Shown here: positions 38,057 through 51,828 of the stretch, piece by piece
How positions within the stretch are numbered: the first letter of the stretch is position 1
Layout: each line of letters starts with the position of its first letter
Source: Mobula birostris
Lineage: Eukaryota
NCBI RefSeq assembly: GCF_030028105.1
Contig: NC_092378.1
Span: 49,138,400-49,202,399 of the forward strand
Direction of reading: 5' to 3'
Length of the DNA: 64,000 nucleotides
Notes under the pieces: generated by a model
What the model saw: the letters and a program-made list of their open reading frames with translations, nothing else
Databases searched by the model: none
Told to the model about the DNA's origin: nothing
Program-made: the position numbers and the translations under genes

Positions 38057-39360
38057 AACACAAGAGAATCTCCAGATGCTGGAAACCCAAACCAACACAC
38101 AAAATGCTGGAGGAACTCAACAGGTCAGGAAGCAACTATGAAAAAGAGTAAACAGTTGACGTTTTGGGCTGAGACCTTTCATCAGAACTAGAAAAAAAGA
38201 TGAGAAGTCAGAGTAAGAAGGTGGAGGGATTGAAGAAAGAAGCACAAGGTGGTAGGTGGGAGGTGAAACCAGGAGAAGGGGATGGGGTGAAGTAAAGAGC
38301 TAGGAAGTTGGTTGATGAAAGAGATAAAGGGCTGGAGGATGGGGAATCTATTAGGAGATGGTAGAAGATCATGGAAGAAAGGGAAGGAGGAGCAGCACCA
38401 AAGGGAGATGATGGACAGGTAAGAAGATAATGTGAGAAAGGGAAACAGGATTGGGGAAATGGTAAAGGTGGGGGGGGCATGCAATTACTGGAAGTTTGAG
38501 AAATTGATGCTGATGCCATCAGGTTGGAAGCTACCCAGAAGAAATATAAGGTGCTGCTCCTCCAACCTGAGTGTGGCCTCACCATGGCATTAGAGGAGGC
38601 CGTGGACCGGCATGTCGGAATGGGAATGGGAAGTAGAATTGAATTGGGTCATCACTGGGAGATCTCGCTTTTTCTGGTGGCCAGGGCATAGGCGCTTGGC
38701 GAAGCAGTCTCCCAATCTATGTCAGGTCTCAATCATACACAGGAGGCCACACTGGGGAGTACCAGATATAATAGATGACTCCAACAGACTCACAGGTGAT
38801 GTGTCGCCTCACCTAGAAGGACTATTTGGGGCCCTAACTGGTAGCGAGGGAGGAGAGGGAGGAGGTACAAGGGCAGGTATGACACTTGTTTTGCTTTCGA
38901 GGATAAATACCAGGAGGGAGATCAGTGGGGAGGGATAAGTGGACAAGGGAGTCGCATAAGGAGTGTTCCCTGTAGAAAACAGAAAGTGGGGGGGGGAGGG
39001 GAGGAAATGTGCTTGGTAGTGGGATCTTGTTGGAGATGGCGGAAGTTACGGAGAATTATGTGCTGGACTACTGGGGTGGTAGGTGAGGATGAGGAAGTTG
39101 GCGTGCAGCCAAAGAAGAACATCCTTTTTAACCCTGGTGGGGTGGTGGGAGGATGGGGTGAGGGTAGACATGTGCAAAATGGAAAAGATGCGGGTAAGGG
39201 CAGCATTGATGGTGGAGAAAGGAAATCCCCTTTCTTTGAAGAAGGAGGACACCTCATTAGATCTAGAATGAAAAGCTTCATCCTGGGGTCATGATGGGGT
39301 CAGAGGAAATTAGAGAAGGGGATGATATTTTTACAAGTGACAGTTTGGGAAGATGTATAG
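38057..39360 (-). mobile_element. Penelope-like element (RT C-terminus, GIY-YIG, pLTR), degenerate
   Basis: MSSFFKERGFPFSTINAAL; VQHIILRNFRHLQQDPTTKHI; pLTR at 38057-38190. Confidence 0.88.
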
Positions 39361-40344
39361 TTTTATTATAAAAAGATCAGTAATTTAAACAGGAAAATTA
39401 GTATACAATCCATCTTTATGAAAAATAACTCTAGTGCCACTCAGAACACAACAAGCAACAAAACCACAACAGCAAAACAAGCCCCATTCCTGCCTCCCGC
39501 CCAGCCACCTCGCACATGCACAGTTCTCTGACCCCCGGATAGGCCACCTCTGGCCCCCAGCCTTGTGGGTTTACAGACATTGGGCTTCAATTTCCCCAGT
39601 GGACTTGCAGTGGACTCAGGACTCTGATCATTAGGCCTTGATTTCTGGATTTCCATCCAACCTTCAGGCTTCGATCACAGGTAATGGCCCAGGTCTCAGA
39701 ATGCTGACCATGAGGACCCCAAGGGTGGGGGGTGGGGTGTGGTTTGTCATCATCTCTTGTGTCTACTGCCCCCATAGAGCTCCAATCCCAGAACCTGCTG
39801 ATGACTCGGTGACCTGGGGCCGCCAGCCCTTGTCCTTGCCGCTCTGACGGCCTGACATCTGACCACAGATGTACTTCAGCATACGTCCATCTCGCCAGCC
39901 TTCAAACATTGATCAGAGGTCTCGACTCCAGTCTGACATCTAATTTCCCCCATATCCTGGTCCTTAAGCCGTAAACTAACTCCTAACTCCGCAACCTGAC
40001 TCCTAACTCCCCTTTCTGTCCTCAAAGCCTATTCCTTCAAATGAAACAAATAAAAAGCAACATGTTTGAGCCATGACCTCAACAGCTAGGTGTCATCTTG
40101 ACTCATGTTTCACTTCCTTGTATTGTGGCTATAGACAGACATTCTTGCACAACACTGGAATATCTCAGGTTTGGTTACCTTCTGGAAAGCTGCTCCTGTC
40201 TGTTGGAATGTCAACAGATGATCTCAAAGAACCAGGAGAATCTTACTTTTTAGGGAGACAGTCAAGGCTGGCTGATTGTGCATCCGCAGAAGAGGCTGCT
40301 GCCTGAGCCGGGAGGCATGACCTACACTTTAGGGTGGATATAGA

Positions 40345-40880
40345 AGACAGAGCATAGTACAGTCCCGCATAGGAGCATGCTCTACAGTCCACAACCTAAC
40401 TAAATTAGTAATCAAATTCTCTATTTAAACTAATCACTCCTGCCCACACAATATCCATGTCCCTCCATTCCCTGCAGATTGGCATGTCTATCTAAAAGCA
40501 TCTTGAATGCACTGTTGCATTTGCCTCCACCGATGTGCATTCCAGGCACCTATCACCCCCTGTTTTAAAAACGCTTGTCCCACATACCTCCTTTAAACTT
40601 CTGCCCTCTCACCTGAAATGCTTGTCCTCTGGTATTAGACATTTCAACGCTGGGAAAAAGATGTGGGCTGTCATAATCTCATAAACCCCTATCGGATCTC
40701 CCCTCAGCCTTCATTGCTCCAGAGAAGCCAACCCAAGTATGTCCATTCTCTCTTTACTGCACGTGTCATCAAATCTAGGCACCATCCTGGCAAACCTCTC
40801 CTGCACCCCATCTAAAGCATCCACATCATACTTTTAATCGGCTGACTAGAACTGAATGCAATACTGCAGATGTAATAATG
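40345..40880 (-). mobile_element. CR1 3' fragment, old
   Basis: gcattccaggcac..tcctctggtattagacattt..ctggcaaacctctcctgcacc. Confidence 0.75.
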
Positions 40881-41487
40881 ACCTAAATTTGCACATGACA
40901 TGAATGTCCTGAACACAAGAGATTCTGCAAATGCTGGAAATTCAGAATAACACACACAAACACAAAATGCTGGAGGAACTCAGCAGGTCAGGCAGCATCT
41001 ATGGAGAGAAATAAAGAATCAATGTTTTGAGCCAAGACCCTTCATCAGGAGTATCCTAAAGGTCCTAAATCTGCATGTGATTGACTATTGGCTCAACCTT
41101 CTGCAGCTGACACCTTCTCTATCAAGCACCCTTGAAGGGATGACCCCAATCCCTTGCCAAACAATACTCGTGGTCTCCAAAGTGAAGCCAACACCACTCT
41201 GGTTCCTCATTCCTGTTCTCCACCATTCTCCTTATCATCTCCTGGTGGTCAGCCAGACAAGCTTGAAGCTATAACCTCCATATGGACACTCAGCCATGTC
41301 AAAAAGGTTGGATTGTTGCAACATTCGTTTCGTTCTCCCTAAGAGTGGTGAACCTCTGGAATGTTCTTTGTTAGAAGGTTCTGGAAGCTAATCTGCTGGT
41401 GTAAGTTCAAGAGGAGGCAGGTGAGTTTTTGAAAGATTGGGAATGGTGTGCCATAGGGAAGTGGCACAGGAGAAGAAATTAGGCTTA

Positions 41488-42680
41488 TAAACAAGAGAGA
41501 TTCTGCAGGTACTGAAAATCACACACAAAGCGGTGGAGAAACTCAGCAGGTCAGGGAGCATCCATGGAAGGGAAAAGCAGATGACATTTTAAGCTGAGAC
41601 CACTGCAAAGGAAGCGGGGAAGAAGCCAGAATAAGAAGGTGAGGGAAGGGGTAGGTGTAAAAGCTAGAAGGTGATATGTGAAGCTAGGTAAGGGGTAAGG
41701 TGGGTGGGTGGGGAAAGGGGTGTTAAGCAAGGAGCTGTGAGGGAGAGGTGGAAGAGACAAAAGGCTGAAGAAGAAGGAATCTGATCGGAGAGAATGGTGA
41801 AGTTAAGGGAAGAAGGTGGGGAGCCGGAGGAAGTAATGGACAATTCATTAGGAGCACACAAAAAATGCTCAAGGGACTCATCAAGTCAGACAGGAGATAG
41901 GACAGGACAGCAGATCATAGAAGAAAGGGAAGGGGGACAGTCATCAGAGGGAGGATATGGGCAGGTAAGGAGAAAAGAAGGGTCGAGAGGGAAACCAGAA
42001 TGGGTAATGGAAAAATAGAGAATGGGGAGGCGGGGAAATTGCCAGAAGTTAGAGAAATTGATATTCATTCCTTCAGGTTGGAGACTACCCAGATGGAATA
42101 TGAGGTGTTGCTCTTCCAACCTGAGAACTGCCTCATTGTGCCAGTCAAGGAGACCATAGATAGGCAAGTCAGAGTGGGAATGGAAGGTCAGATAGAAATG
42201 GGTGGCCTTATGCATCGGACAGAGGGAAGGTGCTTGACAAAGCAATCTCCCAACCTGCACTGGGTCTCACCGATGAAGAAGTTAGGCATGCTGTCCAAAA
42301 AGAAGCGGAGAGCTTTAAGACCTTCGTGATGGGGGATAGAAGTATATATGTAGGAGATGGACATCAGTAGTGAAAATGAAGCGAGCAGGGCCAAGGAACT
42401 TAAAGTGATTGAAGCAATTGAGAGCATGTGAAGTATTATGGATGTATGTAGGAAAGGACAGAACCAAGTGGGACAAAATGGAGTTAAGGTATGCCGACAC
42501 AAGATCAGCGGGCCAGGAGCAGGCAGAACCAAAGGGCCTACTCGGACAGTCATGTTTGTGGACCTTGGATAGGAGTTAGAAATGAACAGTATGGGGAATG
42601 GGAACTATGAGGCTGGTAACAGTAGATGAGAGGTATCCTGAGATGATGAGAATGGTTTGCTGCTCCTTAGAGGGTCCTTA
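41488..42680 (-). mobile_element. Penelope-like element with an internal deletion joining RT to GIY-YIG
   Basis: PTYIHNTSHAL..FIFTTDV..YTSIPHHEGLKALRFFLD joined to IGETQCRLGDCF..RLEEQHLIFHLGSLQPEGMNINFSNF. Confidence 0.88.
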
Positions 42681-43414
42681 ATTGGGAAATTAGGCTGATC
42701 AGCTTTACTCGTTTTGAATGCTGGGCCAAGGTTAAGTGCCAAATATCCTACTCCTGCTTCTGTTTATTTATGTTCTTGTTTCTGTAGGGCAGTGACAATG
42801 TTTGGACCTCTTGACTAGAAATCCCTCATTATTCCTCATGCCTCCTGCCAGGCTGCAGCCATCTGGTACCTAGTCGGAGTGGGAGTGATTTTGGGAGGGG
42901 TCAATATTTCTTATTGATGTGCATGGCAAACTGAGGTCTTTTCTAAGGTTTGACCTTGACCTATTAGGAACCTCTAACCACATTGCCTCATGGTATGGTG
43001 ATTATTGTTAAGGCCAGGCACCATCTCAGCTACCTCTTCCCGAGCTCTCCTTAGCAGTAATCCTGTATAGGCGTTGGACTTTCCTGCAGTATAGAGTTTC
43101 TCTCCCTGCACATACAGCACACTACACTGTTGTATGTTGTACACCATTATAGTTACAGTTATGTCTTTGCTGGTAGTGTACTTTTAAGGATCATGACCTT
43201 GTGAATTTGGCGCACACAAAGTGAAGGGGAAGGTATGCCTTGTAAAATAATATTTGAATGATGTAGGGCACAATTTCCACTGAAAAACCCCTTCCTTTAA
43301 AAAAATTCTTTGACTAATTTTGTCTTTTATTTTGTGAGAAAAAATATGAGCATCAGTTCAGTGATCAGCACACATTTAGAGCATGAAAATGTGTGACAGC
43401 AGGCCATCCCTTCC

Positions 43415-44403
43415 TGATGGGTTTAACACATTCTATGCATGTTTTAAATAGAAGGGGATTGGTATGTCACCACTCACTCTGACAGTGTCCAATGCACCTG
43501 AATCTGCAGGATACAAGATCAGTCTTCTGGAGCTTGAACCCATGGAAAGCATTTGGCCAGAGTGATGTCCCTGAAGACATCCTTAGATCCTGATCAGATC
43601 AGCTGGCAGGAGTATTTGTAGACATATCCTACCACCTCCTTGCTTCAGGCCATGATTCCCTCCTGTTTTTGGAAGACCATTATAGTCCTGGTACCCAAGA
43701 AAAACAAGACAACGTGCTTTAATGACTACTGCTCAGTGCCTCTGAAATTAACTCTAGCTTTCCAGACAATCTTGGCCCACTGCAGTTTTCCTACTGCCAA
43801 AGCATCATCTCCCTGGTCCTACGTTCATACCTGGAGCATCTAGACAGTAAATACACCTATATCAGATTATTGGTTATTCACTACACTTCTGCCTTCAATA
43901 CTGTATAACTCTGAGCAAACCCATCACCAAACTGAAAACCCTGGGAGTCAATGCCTCCTTCTGCAGCTGGGTCTTTGACTTTCAGACGAACAGTAATGAT
44001 AGCAATACCTCCACCACGATCATCCTGAACACTACTGATTGCAATCTGTGCTCCACGAGGTAGAGTCCTCAGCCCCCTACTCTACTCCTTTTACACTCAC
44101 GACTATGTGGCCAGATAATGCTCTAATTCCATCTGCAAATTTGCAGGTGACACCACCAATGGTGGCAATGGATTCTTGTATGATAAGATGGACTCTACCT
44201 GACAATCTACCCTGTTATGATCTTTCGTTTTATTGTTTACCTGTGGTGCATATTTTTGGTAGCTTTTCCACTTTATTCTGACTGTTACTATTTTATCTTA
44301 TTCTAGCTCAATGCTAAAGTGCAATGACTTGTTCGGTATGAACAGTGTGCAACACAAACGTTTCACTGTATCTTGGTATATGTGATAATAATAAACCAAT
44401 ATC
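43415..44403 (+). mobile_element. Rex1/Babar degenerate RT fragment
   Basis: IPSCFWKTIIVLVPKKNKTTCFNDYC; tctgccttcaatac. Confidence 0.8.
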
Positions 44404-44548
44404 AGAATGCCAGGCATCAATGTGCTAAATAAATTCATATAAATAATTTGTAAGAGTATACTCATGTGCTATCAGAACTGAAGGAGAAATATCAGATAGG
44501 TTTCAATCACTGACCCCATTCAAGCATGGAAGAATAGGTTTATAATGA

Positions 44549-44639
44549 GTCCTGACCGACGAAGGGTTCCGGCCCGAAATGTTGACCGATCTTTTCCACG
44601 GATGCTGCCCGACCTGCTGAGTTCCTCCAGCATTTTGTG
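44549..44639 (+). mobile_element. 91-bp Penelope pLTR insertion beginning at the hammerhead (core mutated)
   Basis: 13-bp TSD aggtttataatga at 44536-44548/44640-44652. Confidence 0.85.
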
Positions 44640-44864
44640 AGGTTTATAATGAACCTATCTAAATCCGGGGCATTAAATTCTTTCTTTCTGCTGCAAAATA
44701 TTTGTCTCCAATAGACATTCAAAAGTTGAAATACAGTTACGTGTGCAAATGCTTTAGTTCACTGGGAATTCATCAAATAAAATTGATCACTGGCAATTGA
44801 ATCCTGGATTCAAACATCAAACTATATCAATATATGTTAATTTATTGCAGGATTTGACAGAATG

Positions 44865-45585
44865 ATGGCATTGTGAGTCCTGATGTTCTGAGTTCAGTTC
44901 TTGCTCCAGAGATAGAGCATTTAATCCAGATCAAAGCAGTCCTGAAGGACTGCTGCATTGTTAAAATGAGAAGTTGTCTCCCTTCTCGTTGGTTTGCAAA
45001 GGATCCTGTGGCACAGTTTAAATAACAGTAAGTGAAATCTCTTTGGCTAATATTTATTCCTCAACCAGTGAGAGAGATTGATCGTTATCACATTGCTATT
45101 TGTGGAAATTATGGGATGAATATGTAATGTGGAGAGGATGTTTCCTATAGTTACTGAGTCTATGACTAGAAGGCAGCCTCAGATTAGAGGAACATCCCTT
45201 TAGAAAAGAGATGAGGAGGAATTTCTTTAGCTGAAGGGTGGTGGGTCTGTGGAATTCATCGCCGCAGATGGCTGAGGAGTCCAAGTCATTGGGCACATTT
45301 AAAGCAGAGTTTGATAGGTTCTTGATTAGCAAAAGCATCAAAGGTAATGGGGAGAAGGCAGGAGAATGGGGTTGAGATGAAAGGGATAATAAATCAGCCA
45401 TGATGGAATAGCAGAGCAGACTCGATGGGTTGAATGGCCTAATTCTGGTCCTACGTGTAATTGTCTCATGGTCTTATTTTGGTTGTTCTCTTTCTTACAA
45501 GCTAAAGTTTTTCTAATTGGCTCTGAAGCATTTTGGATCAAGCTGAAGTCATGACAATGCTATATAAATGTATATCTTTCTTCTA
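44865..45585 (+). mobile_element. Old Deu-domain SINE split by a CR1 3' fragment (~45120-45478)
   Basis: aaaggatcctgtggcac..tggctaatatttattcctcaacc..atcacattgctatttgtgg | aattggctctgaagcattttgg..gctatataaatg. Confidence 0.7.
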
Positions 45586-46007
45586 ATTCTGGTCTTCCTC
45601 TGGTCCCCTAACTGGCTGAGAGAACTGTATCATTAAAATGTGAACACATCCACCCTATGCCAATGAGGGCAACCCATGTTTCTGCATGTTTGTTGAGGCC
45701 TGGAAGTTGAAATCAGTGGTTTGCTACTGACTGCTTGTGGAATTTGACGTAGATATTTAAGTAATGATGCTCCATACATGCTTCATGGACTTGCTAAAGA
45801 ATCCTGAGAATAAGAATAGGAGGTGTGGCAACAGATCTTTTCTCATTGGTTTCAGTGGCGGCAGATGTCTGCAAGAACTTTGGGTGAGTGCTTGATTCCT
45901 TTAAAAGATACGATCTTTATGTAAAATACTAATTTTATCAAAAAATATATTAAATGAATTGCTAATTTAGTTTTATAAAGTGGTTAAATATTTTTAAAAG
46001 TCTCTCC

Positions 46008-46860
46008 AGAATCAGAATTAGGTTTAATATCACTGACATGTCATGAAATTTGCAGTTTTGCGGCAGAAGTGCAGTGTAAATTAAGAAAGATAAATACAAA
46101 CTTGTACATAAATTAAATTAAATAGGTAGTGGAAAAAGAGAGCAAAAATATTGAGGTAGCGTTAATGTGTAGGTTCATTGTCCACTCAGAAATCTGATGG
46201 TGGAGGGGAAGAAGCTGTTTCTAAAATGTTGAGTGTATGTCTTCAGGCTCCTGTACCTCCTCTCTGATGGTAGTAATGAGAAGAGATCATGTCCTGGATG
46301 ATGGGGATCCTTCACGATGGATGCCATCTTTCTGAAGCATCGCCATTTGAAGATGTTCTTGATGCCATGGAGGCTGGTTCTCGTGATGAAGCTGGCTGGA
46401 TTTGCAACCCTCTACGGTTTTTTTTCCAATCCTGAGCAGTAGCCCCTCCAGTGATGCAACAAATCAGAATGTTCCTCCCAGTACCTGTAGAAATTTGTTA
46501 GTGTTTGGTAACATACCAATTCTCCTCAAACTCCTAATGAAATATAGCCACTATTGAGCCTTCTTCATAATTGCATCAATATGTTGGCCCAGGATAGATC
46601 TTCAGAGATGTTGACACCGAGGAATGTGAAACTGCTCACCTTTTCCACTGCTGACCCTTTGATGAGAAGTGGGGTGCGTTTCCTCGACTTCCCCTTCATG
46701 AAGTCTACAATTAATTTCTTCACCTTACTGACAGTGCAAGATTATAACTGCAACACCACTTAACCAGCTGATCCATCTCACTCCTGTACGCCACCTCATC
46801 ACCATCCGGGATTCTGCCAACAGCAGTTGTGTCATTGGCAAATTTATAGATGGCATTTGA
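46008..46860 (-). mobile_element. Rex1/Babar RT-3' fragment
   Basis: cagaatcagaattaggttt tail; gtcattggcaaatttata (degenerate YKFADD). Confidence 0.85.
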
Positions 46861-47091
46861 CTTTTAGAAGTGAGTTAGCATTTTTAAAGTTTTTAAATAT
46901 TTAATTTTGTTTTTTTAAATGTTTTGAAGAACATGGACTATGTTATAAGCTACGACAATCCTTTTGAGAAAAAGCCTCCTGATGAATCATTTTCTCTCAT
47001 TTGTGGCTGAGACTTGTGCTGGCTGCTTTGCACCACCCAAATATGGCATGGGAGACACTGGCGCCTCACTACCAAAGATTAGATGCTTTAG

Positions 47092-47462
47092 ATACTTCAT
47101 ACTTTATTGTCGCTAAACAATTGATACTAGAGCGTACAATCATCACAGTGATATTTGATTCTGCTCTTCATGCTCCCTGAAGTACAAATCGATAGTAAAT
47201 ATTAGAAATTGAAATTATAAATCATAAATAGAAAATAGAAGAGGGAAAGTAAGGTAGTGCAAAAAAAACCGAGAGGCAGGTCCGGATATTTGGAGGATAC
47301 GGCCCGATCCGGGTCAGGATCCGTTCAGCAGTCTTATCACAGTTGGAAAGAAGCTGTTCCCAAATCTGGCTGTATGAGTCTTCAACCTCCTGAGCTTTCT
47401 CCCAGAGGGAAGAGGGACGAAAAGTGTGTTGGCTGGGTGGATCGTGTCCTTGATTATCCTGG
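47092..47462 (-). mobile_element. Young Rex1/Babar 3' end (same subfamily as 55588-56526)
   Basis: Near-identical inverted copy of 56150-56520. Confidence 0.9.
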
Positions 47463-47794
47463 TAGTGGATTGCAAAAGCTTCTACCAGGTGGATTGTAAA
47501 ATACCTTTTTACCCTGAGGCTGGAACAGGCATGGGTAGTTGACCACACTACTCTCGTATAACGCTGCTCCTCTTTTGACCATCTGAGCTGTACCCCACTT
47601 AGTTGCTGCCTTCCTTGTACATCAAATCATAGCTGAAGAATCTTCAATGCTTGTCATCCTAGTCTTATCATTACCTCTAGTTTTAAACTATACATCATCT
47701 TATAATTTTTACCCATATTGGTGATGTCATTTAGAGTGCAATATTAAGTTCCACATTTTTGTGCACAGTGCTTTCCAGTGCTTGCTTTATCAGA

Positions 47795-48063
47795 TTAGTT
47801 TCTGATTCCCGCCGCATTCTGTAGAGAGTTTGTACATTCTCCCCGTACCATGTGGATTTCCTCCAGGTGCTCTGGTTTCCTCCCATATTCCAAAGACGTA
47901 TGGTTAAGGATAGTAAGTTGTTGGCGTGCCTTTGTTAGCAATGGATTCACAATTCAGCACAATTCTTACTGATTTCATTTGATGTAAAACAACGTATTTC
48001 GCTACATCTTTTGATGTACACATGACAAATAAGGCTAATCTTTAATCTCTATATTTATCTTTA
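47795..48063 (+). mobile_element. V-SINE (5'-degraded)
   Basis: gtttgtacattctcccc..tttcctccaggtgctctggtttcctccca; tail aaataaggctaatctttaatct. Confidence 0.8.
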
Positions 48064-48507
48064 AAGACACATACTCTGAGCTCTTTCTCCCTGGAACTCC
48101 ATACAATCTTAGGTTTGCCACTCTGAGGAGGGGTGTGGTGTTGTGGGGGAGGAACAAAACATGCATCTTGAAAGTCATGAATAACTCAAGAAAATGCACA
48201 CAAATAACTCATAAACACGAGATTACGCAGCTTCTGGAAATCTTGAGCAACACATTCACGCACAATGCTGGAGGAACTCAGCGAGTCTTGTGAGCTGCTT
48301 CTTGGTTTGGGTTCAGCTGCCTTCGGGTAGGTAGAACAATGAAACAATTAGTAATTATTATTTACAGTTCAGGGCAGATCACTAAATCACAACAGGAGTT
48401 AATAAGCTAACCAAAGTTGTATTGATAATCCTTACCTGTTCTGGTTAAAACCGAGTGGGTTTGCACATGTAGAATGTTAGCTTGGACGAAGCAGTTTGAA
48501 ATTTCAG

Positions 48508-50940
48508 CCATCCAGCTAGAAGGCCTAATCTCCTTTTGGGCGGACAGAAATGCTGTGACGTCCGGCAAGACCAACGGAGGAGCTCTGTGTGTCCACAGCT
48601 ATAAGAGCCAGTAGTACAGAAATGGCCAACTGCTCACCTCAGGTAGAATTTTTACTGGTGGAGTGCAGGCCCTTCTACTTACTGAGGGAGTTGAAAACTA
48701 CACAAATTCAGGGAGGCAGCTACCTACAAACATCACGCCAACATTAGTGAACATGCAGGGTCGCTGACCAGCTACGTAGGAGGGTGCCAGGATATTATCA
48801 TGATTAAACACTAGAGTGTCAGGGCAAACCGGAAACCATAGCCGACTGCAGAGGCCCGTGAATCGCTTAGGGATTGAGACGCTGCCTTCAGATCGGGGGA
48901 CGGGATGACTCAAAGGTCAGCAAGGGCTGCACTTTTCCATGCCATCAGGAAGGCAATGAGTGGGAGACTATAGAAAATCCAGAGGCCCCTTTGTCTAACT
49001 AGGGACATGCGTCAAGATACAACCCATAACCCATTGCATCAATGATAGGTGATGCTTTCCTTCCTGATAGGCTGAATGCTTTACCTGCACAGCTTGACCA
49101 ATTGAATGATGTGACAGGGAGGGAAGCCCCCTCTCTTCCTGAGGGACAGGCACCCTGTCTGGTGGAAGCCAAGGTGAGGAGGACCCTATCCAGTGTAAAC
49201 CCACGCAAAGAGGCTGTACAACTTACCTGGTCAGGTGCAGAGGGACTGCACTGCCCAGCAAACAAAGGTCTTAATGGATATTTTTAATACCTCTCTGAAA
49301 CAGTCTACTGTTCTTGTAGTCTTCAATGCAGCCACCATCATTCCAGTATCCAAGAGAGCAACCGTATGTGATGCACCATCAATAACTCCAAAAGACTAGA
49401 AGTAGAGTAAATACTGAAAAGCTTTTATTCACAGTAAAATGTGACCTCCAGCATGCTGAGTGTCTGCCCCTGGACTGAGGGGAGGAGCCAAGGCCCAATC
49501 ACCTTTATTCAGGGGTCTGTGGGAGGAGCCACAGGGGCAGTCAGCAGAGGGGCGTGTTCAGACAGGTAACCCAGTTACAACATATATATATATGGTTTAC
49601 CACAGTAAGTGGTGCTAATTTCAACAATTGTGAAGTACTTTGAGTAGCTGATAATGGATTGCATAAGATCCCACCTTCCAGCTCTATTGGACCATTTTCA
49701 ATTTGCCTACCGCTCAAACCAGTCCCCTGATGATGCCATAGTCTTGGCTCCATCCTGTCCCACCAGAAAACGATGCCTCTAAAACCAGGAAGTTATTCAT
49801 TGAATTCAGTGGGGTTTAACTTGATCATCCCTCAGAGGCTGGTGGGTGAACTGTCGTCAATGGAACTCAATGCCTCTCTCTGTAACTGCATCTTGGACTT
49901 CTTGATGGAAAGACTCCAGTCAGTCTGAGTTGGCAGCAACGTCTCAAGCTCCATCACACTGAGCACTGGTGCCTCCCAGGGCTGTGTGCTCCGTCTCCTG
50001 CCATTCACACTGCTGACTTGTGACTGCAGCGCTAGATCCAGCTCCAACTGCATTTTCGAGTTCGCTGATGATACAATGGTGGTTGGCCTCATCAGCAACA
50101 ATGATGAGTCAGTATACAGCAAGGAGGTAGAGAGGCTAGGCAAATGATGCAAGAACAGCAGCCGAGTCTCAACATGGACAAGACAAAATAGATGATTGAG
50201 GACTCAGGAAGGCCCAGGTTGACCGCTCCCCATTGCTCATCAATGACTCTGCTGTGAAGTGAGTGAAGAACACAAAGTTCCTTGGTGTGCACATAATGGA
50301 TGATCTAACCTGGACCCATAACATCTCCTCACTAGTCAAGAAGGAAAACTGGTATCTACACTTTCTGAGAAGATTGTGGCATGCAAGGCTCTCTCCCCCC
50401 TTCTAACAACTTTCTACAGGAGAACAATAGAGAGTGTGGGATGGAAGCTGCAAGGCATTGGATGGTGAGACCCTACAGAGGACACTAAAAATGGCTGAGG
50501 GGATCACTGGGGTCTCACTCCCCCTGATTTGTGACACTTACCGGGAAGGTTGCAGATGAAGGGCTCAAAGCATTGTTGAGGATGCTTGCCACCCGTCCCA
50601 CAATCTCTCTGACCCACTACCATCAGGAAAGAGGTAAAGAAGCATCAAAACTAGGACAGCCAGACTGGGTAACAGCTTCTTCCCTCAGGCTGTAAGACTA
50701 ATGAATACCTTGACGCCACCAAGGTCTCATCACTAGGACAGTGAGTTGTTTACTGTTTACCTGTGCTGCACTTGACTACATACATTTTGAATTATATTTT
50801 ATTAACTTATTTATAGTATAATAGTTTAGTTTATGTGCTGCGTGTGATATATGTTGTGTGGGTGCACTGTGGTCTGGAGGAACGTTGTTTTGTTTGGATG
50901 TGTACATGTACAGTCGGATGACAATCAACTTGAACTTGAA
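48508..50940 (+). mobile_element. Long degenerate Rex1/Babar LINE (APE to 3' tail)
   Basis: AIQLEGL..ADRNAVTSGKTNGGALCV (APE); TGASQGCVL; FEFADDTMVVG; (AACTTG)n tail. Confidence 0.88.
49367..49604 (-). mobile_element. Solo LTR (Gypsy-like) inside Rex1
   Basis: TG..CA termini (tgtgatg..accaca); minus-strand AATAAA; interrupts Rex1 collinearity; TSD not clean. Confidence 0.65.
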
Positions 50941-51566
50941 TCCAGAGCTGACTTTATGACGTTTTTTTCTCTGTGTTGCACCAGAGCTTCTTTATTGACT
51001 TAAAGTTGTTCGCCTTTTCCATATCCATGGTTTGGGGTGTGGGAGCTGATCCTATTTAGTCTAGCTGCAGTTGCAGATCACTGTGCTAATTCTCTTCCTA
51101 AATGGGAATGTTCTCCACTGGCATGAATAAATATGAGAGGACAGTTCTGCATTTGCACAGCGGTAATTGAGGTTAATTTGATCTGACACCACTGTGAGAT
51201 TGTGTCTGTATAAAAGGTAAAATGGGAAACTGCTGTGTTCAGATTGACTTCTGTGAACAGAACCATAGATTTGTCTTCATTACATTCCCAACTAGTGCAG
51301 CCACATCCGTCTTCATTCATTGTTTGGCTTAAAAATTCCTGGAAGATCTTGTAATTGACTGGAGAGAGAAATATCACAAAGTAGTGACTGTAAGGCAAGT
51401 GGATATGGGAAGGTCCATATCTTGCTTTCCATGCAGATTCATCTTTGCTAAACCTCTTTAGCATTATCAGTTGTACTTTCTGTCTGCAATGTTTTAATGC
51501 ATAATGATGGCACTCCCACATCAATACTCCCCCACATCAATACTCCTGAATGTAGCTGATGTACTT

Positions 51567-51828
51567 AAGGAAAGGAAAGGTACGTCGCATCCAGAGTTTC
51601 TCCGGTTAGCGGACGATTTCCCTCCATGCCTCTCTGATGTAGTGGGGAACCGTGTACGAGGCAAGGTACAGCAGTGGTTTGCCATTGCCTTCCACCGGGT
51701 GAGTTTCCAAAGAGATCACCAGCTTGTAACCCAGTAAGGATGGAAAGCGTGCAGAGGAGCTGGCTGGATTTGAACTCGGGTCCATTCGTCCTGAAGTCTG
51801 GCACTGATGCCACTACGCCAACAGCCAG
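51567..51828 (-). mobile_element. tRNA-head SINE with (TTTCC)n tail
   Basis: A-box tggcgtagtgg, B-box gagttcaaatcc; gaaggcaatggcaaaccact body. Confidence 0.8.

Noticed and set aside
51078-51524. 148-aa minus-strand ORF in non-repeat sequence
   Set aside because: No recognisable domain, random-like composition, no convincing splice signals; more likely non-coding.
51515-51546. Perfect 16-bp tandem duplication (also ~15-bp at 30821-30858; microsatellites at 22666 and 31066)
   Set aside because: Ordinary slippage products; no repeat-spacer structure, and nothing CRISPR-like anywhere in the window.
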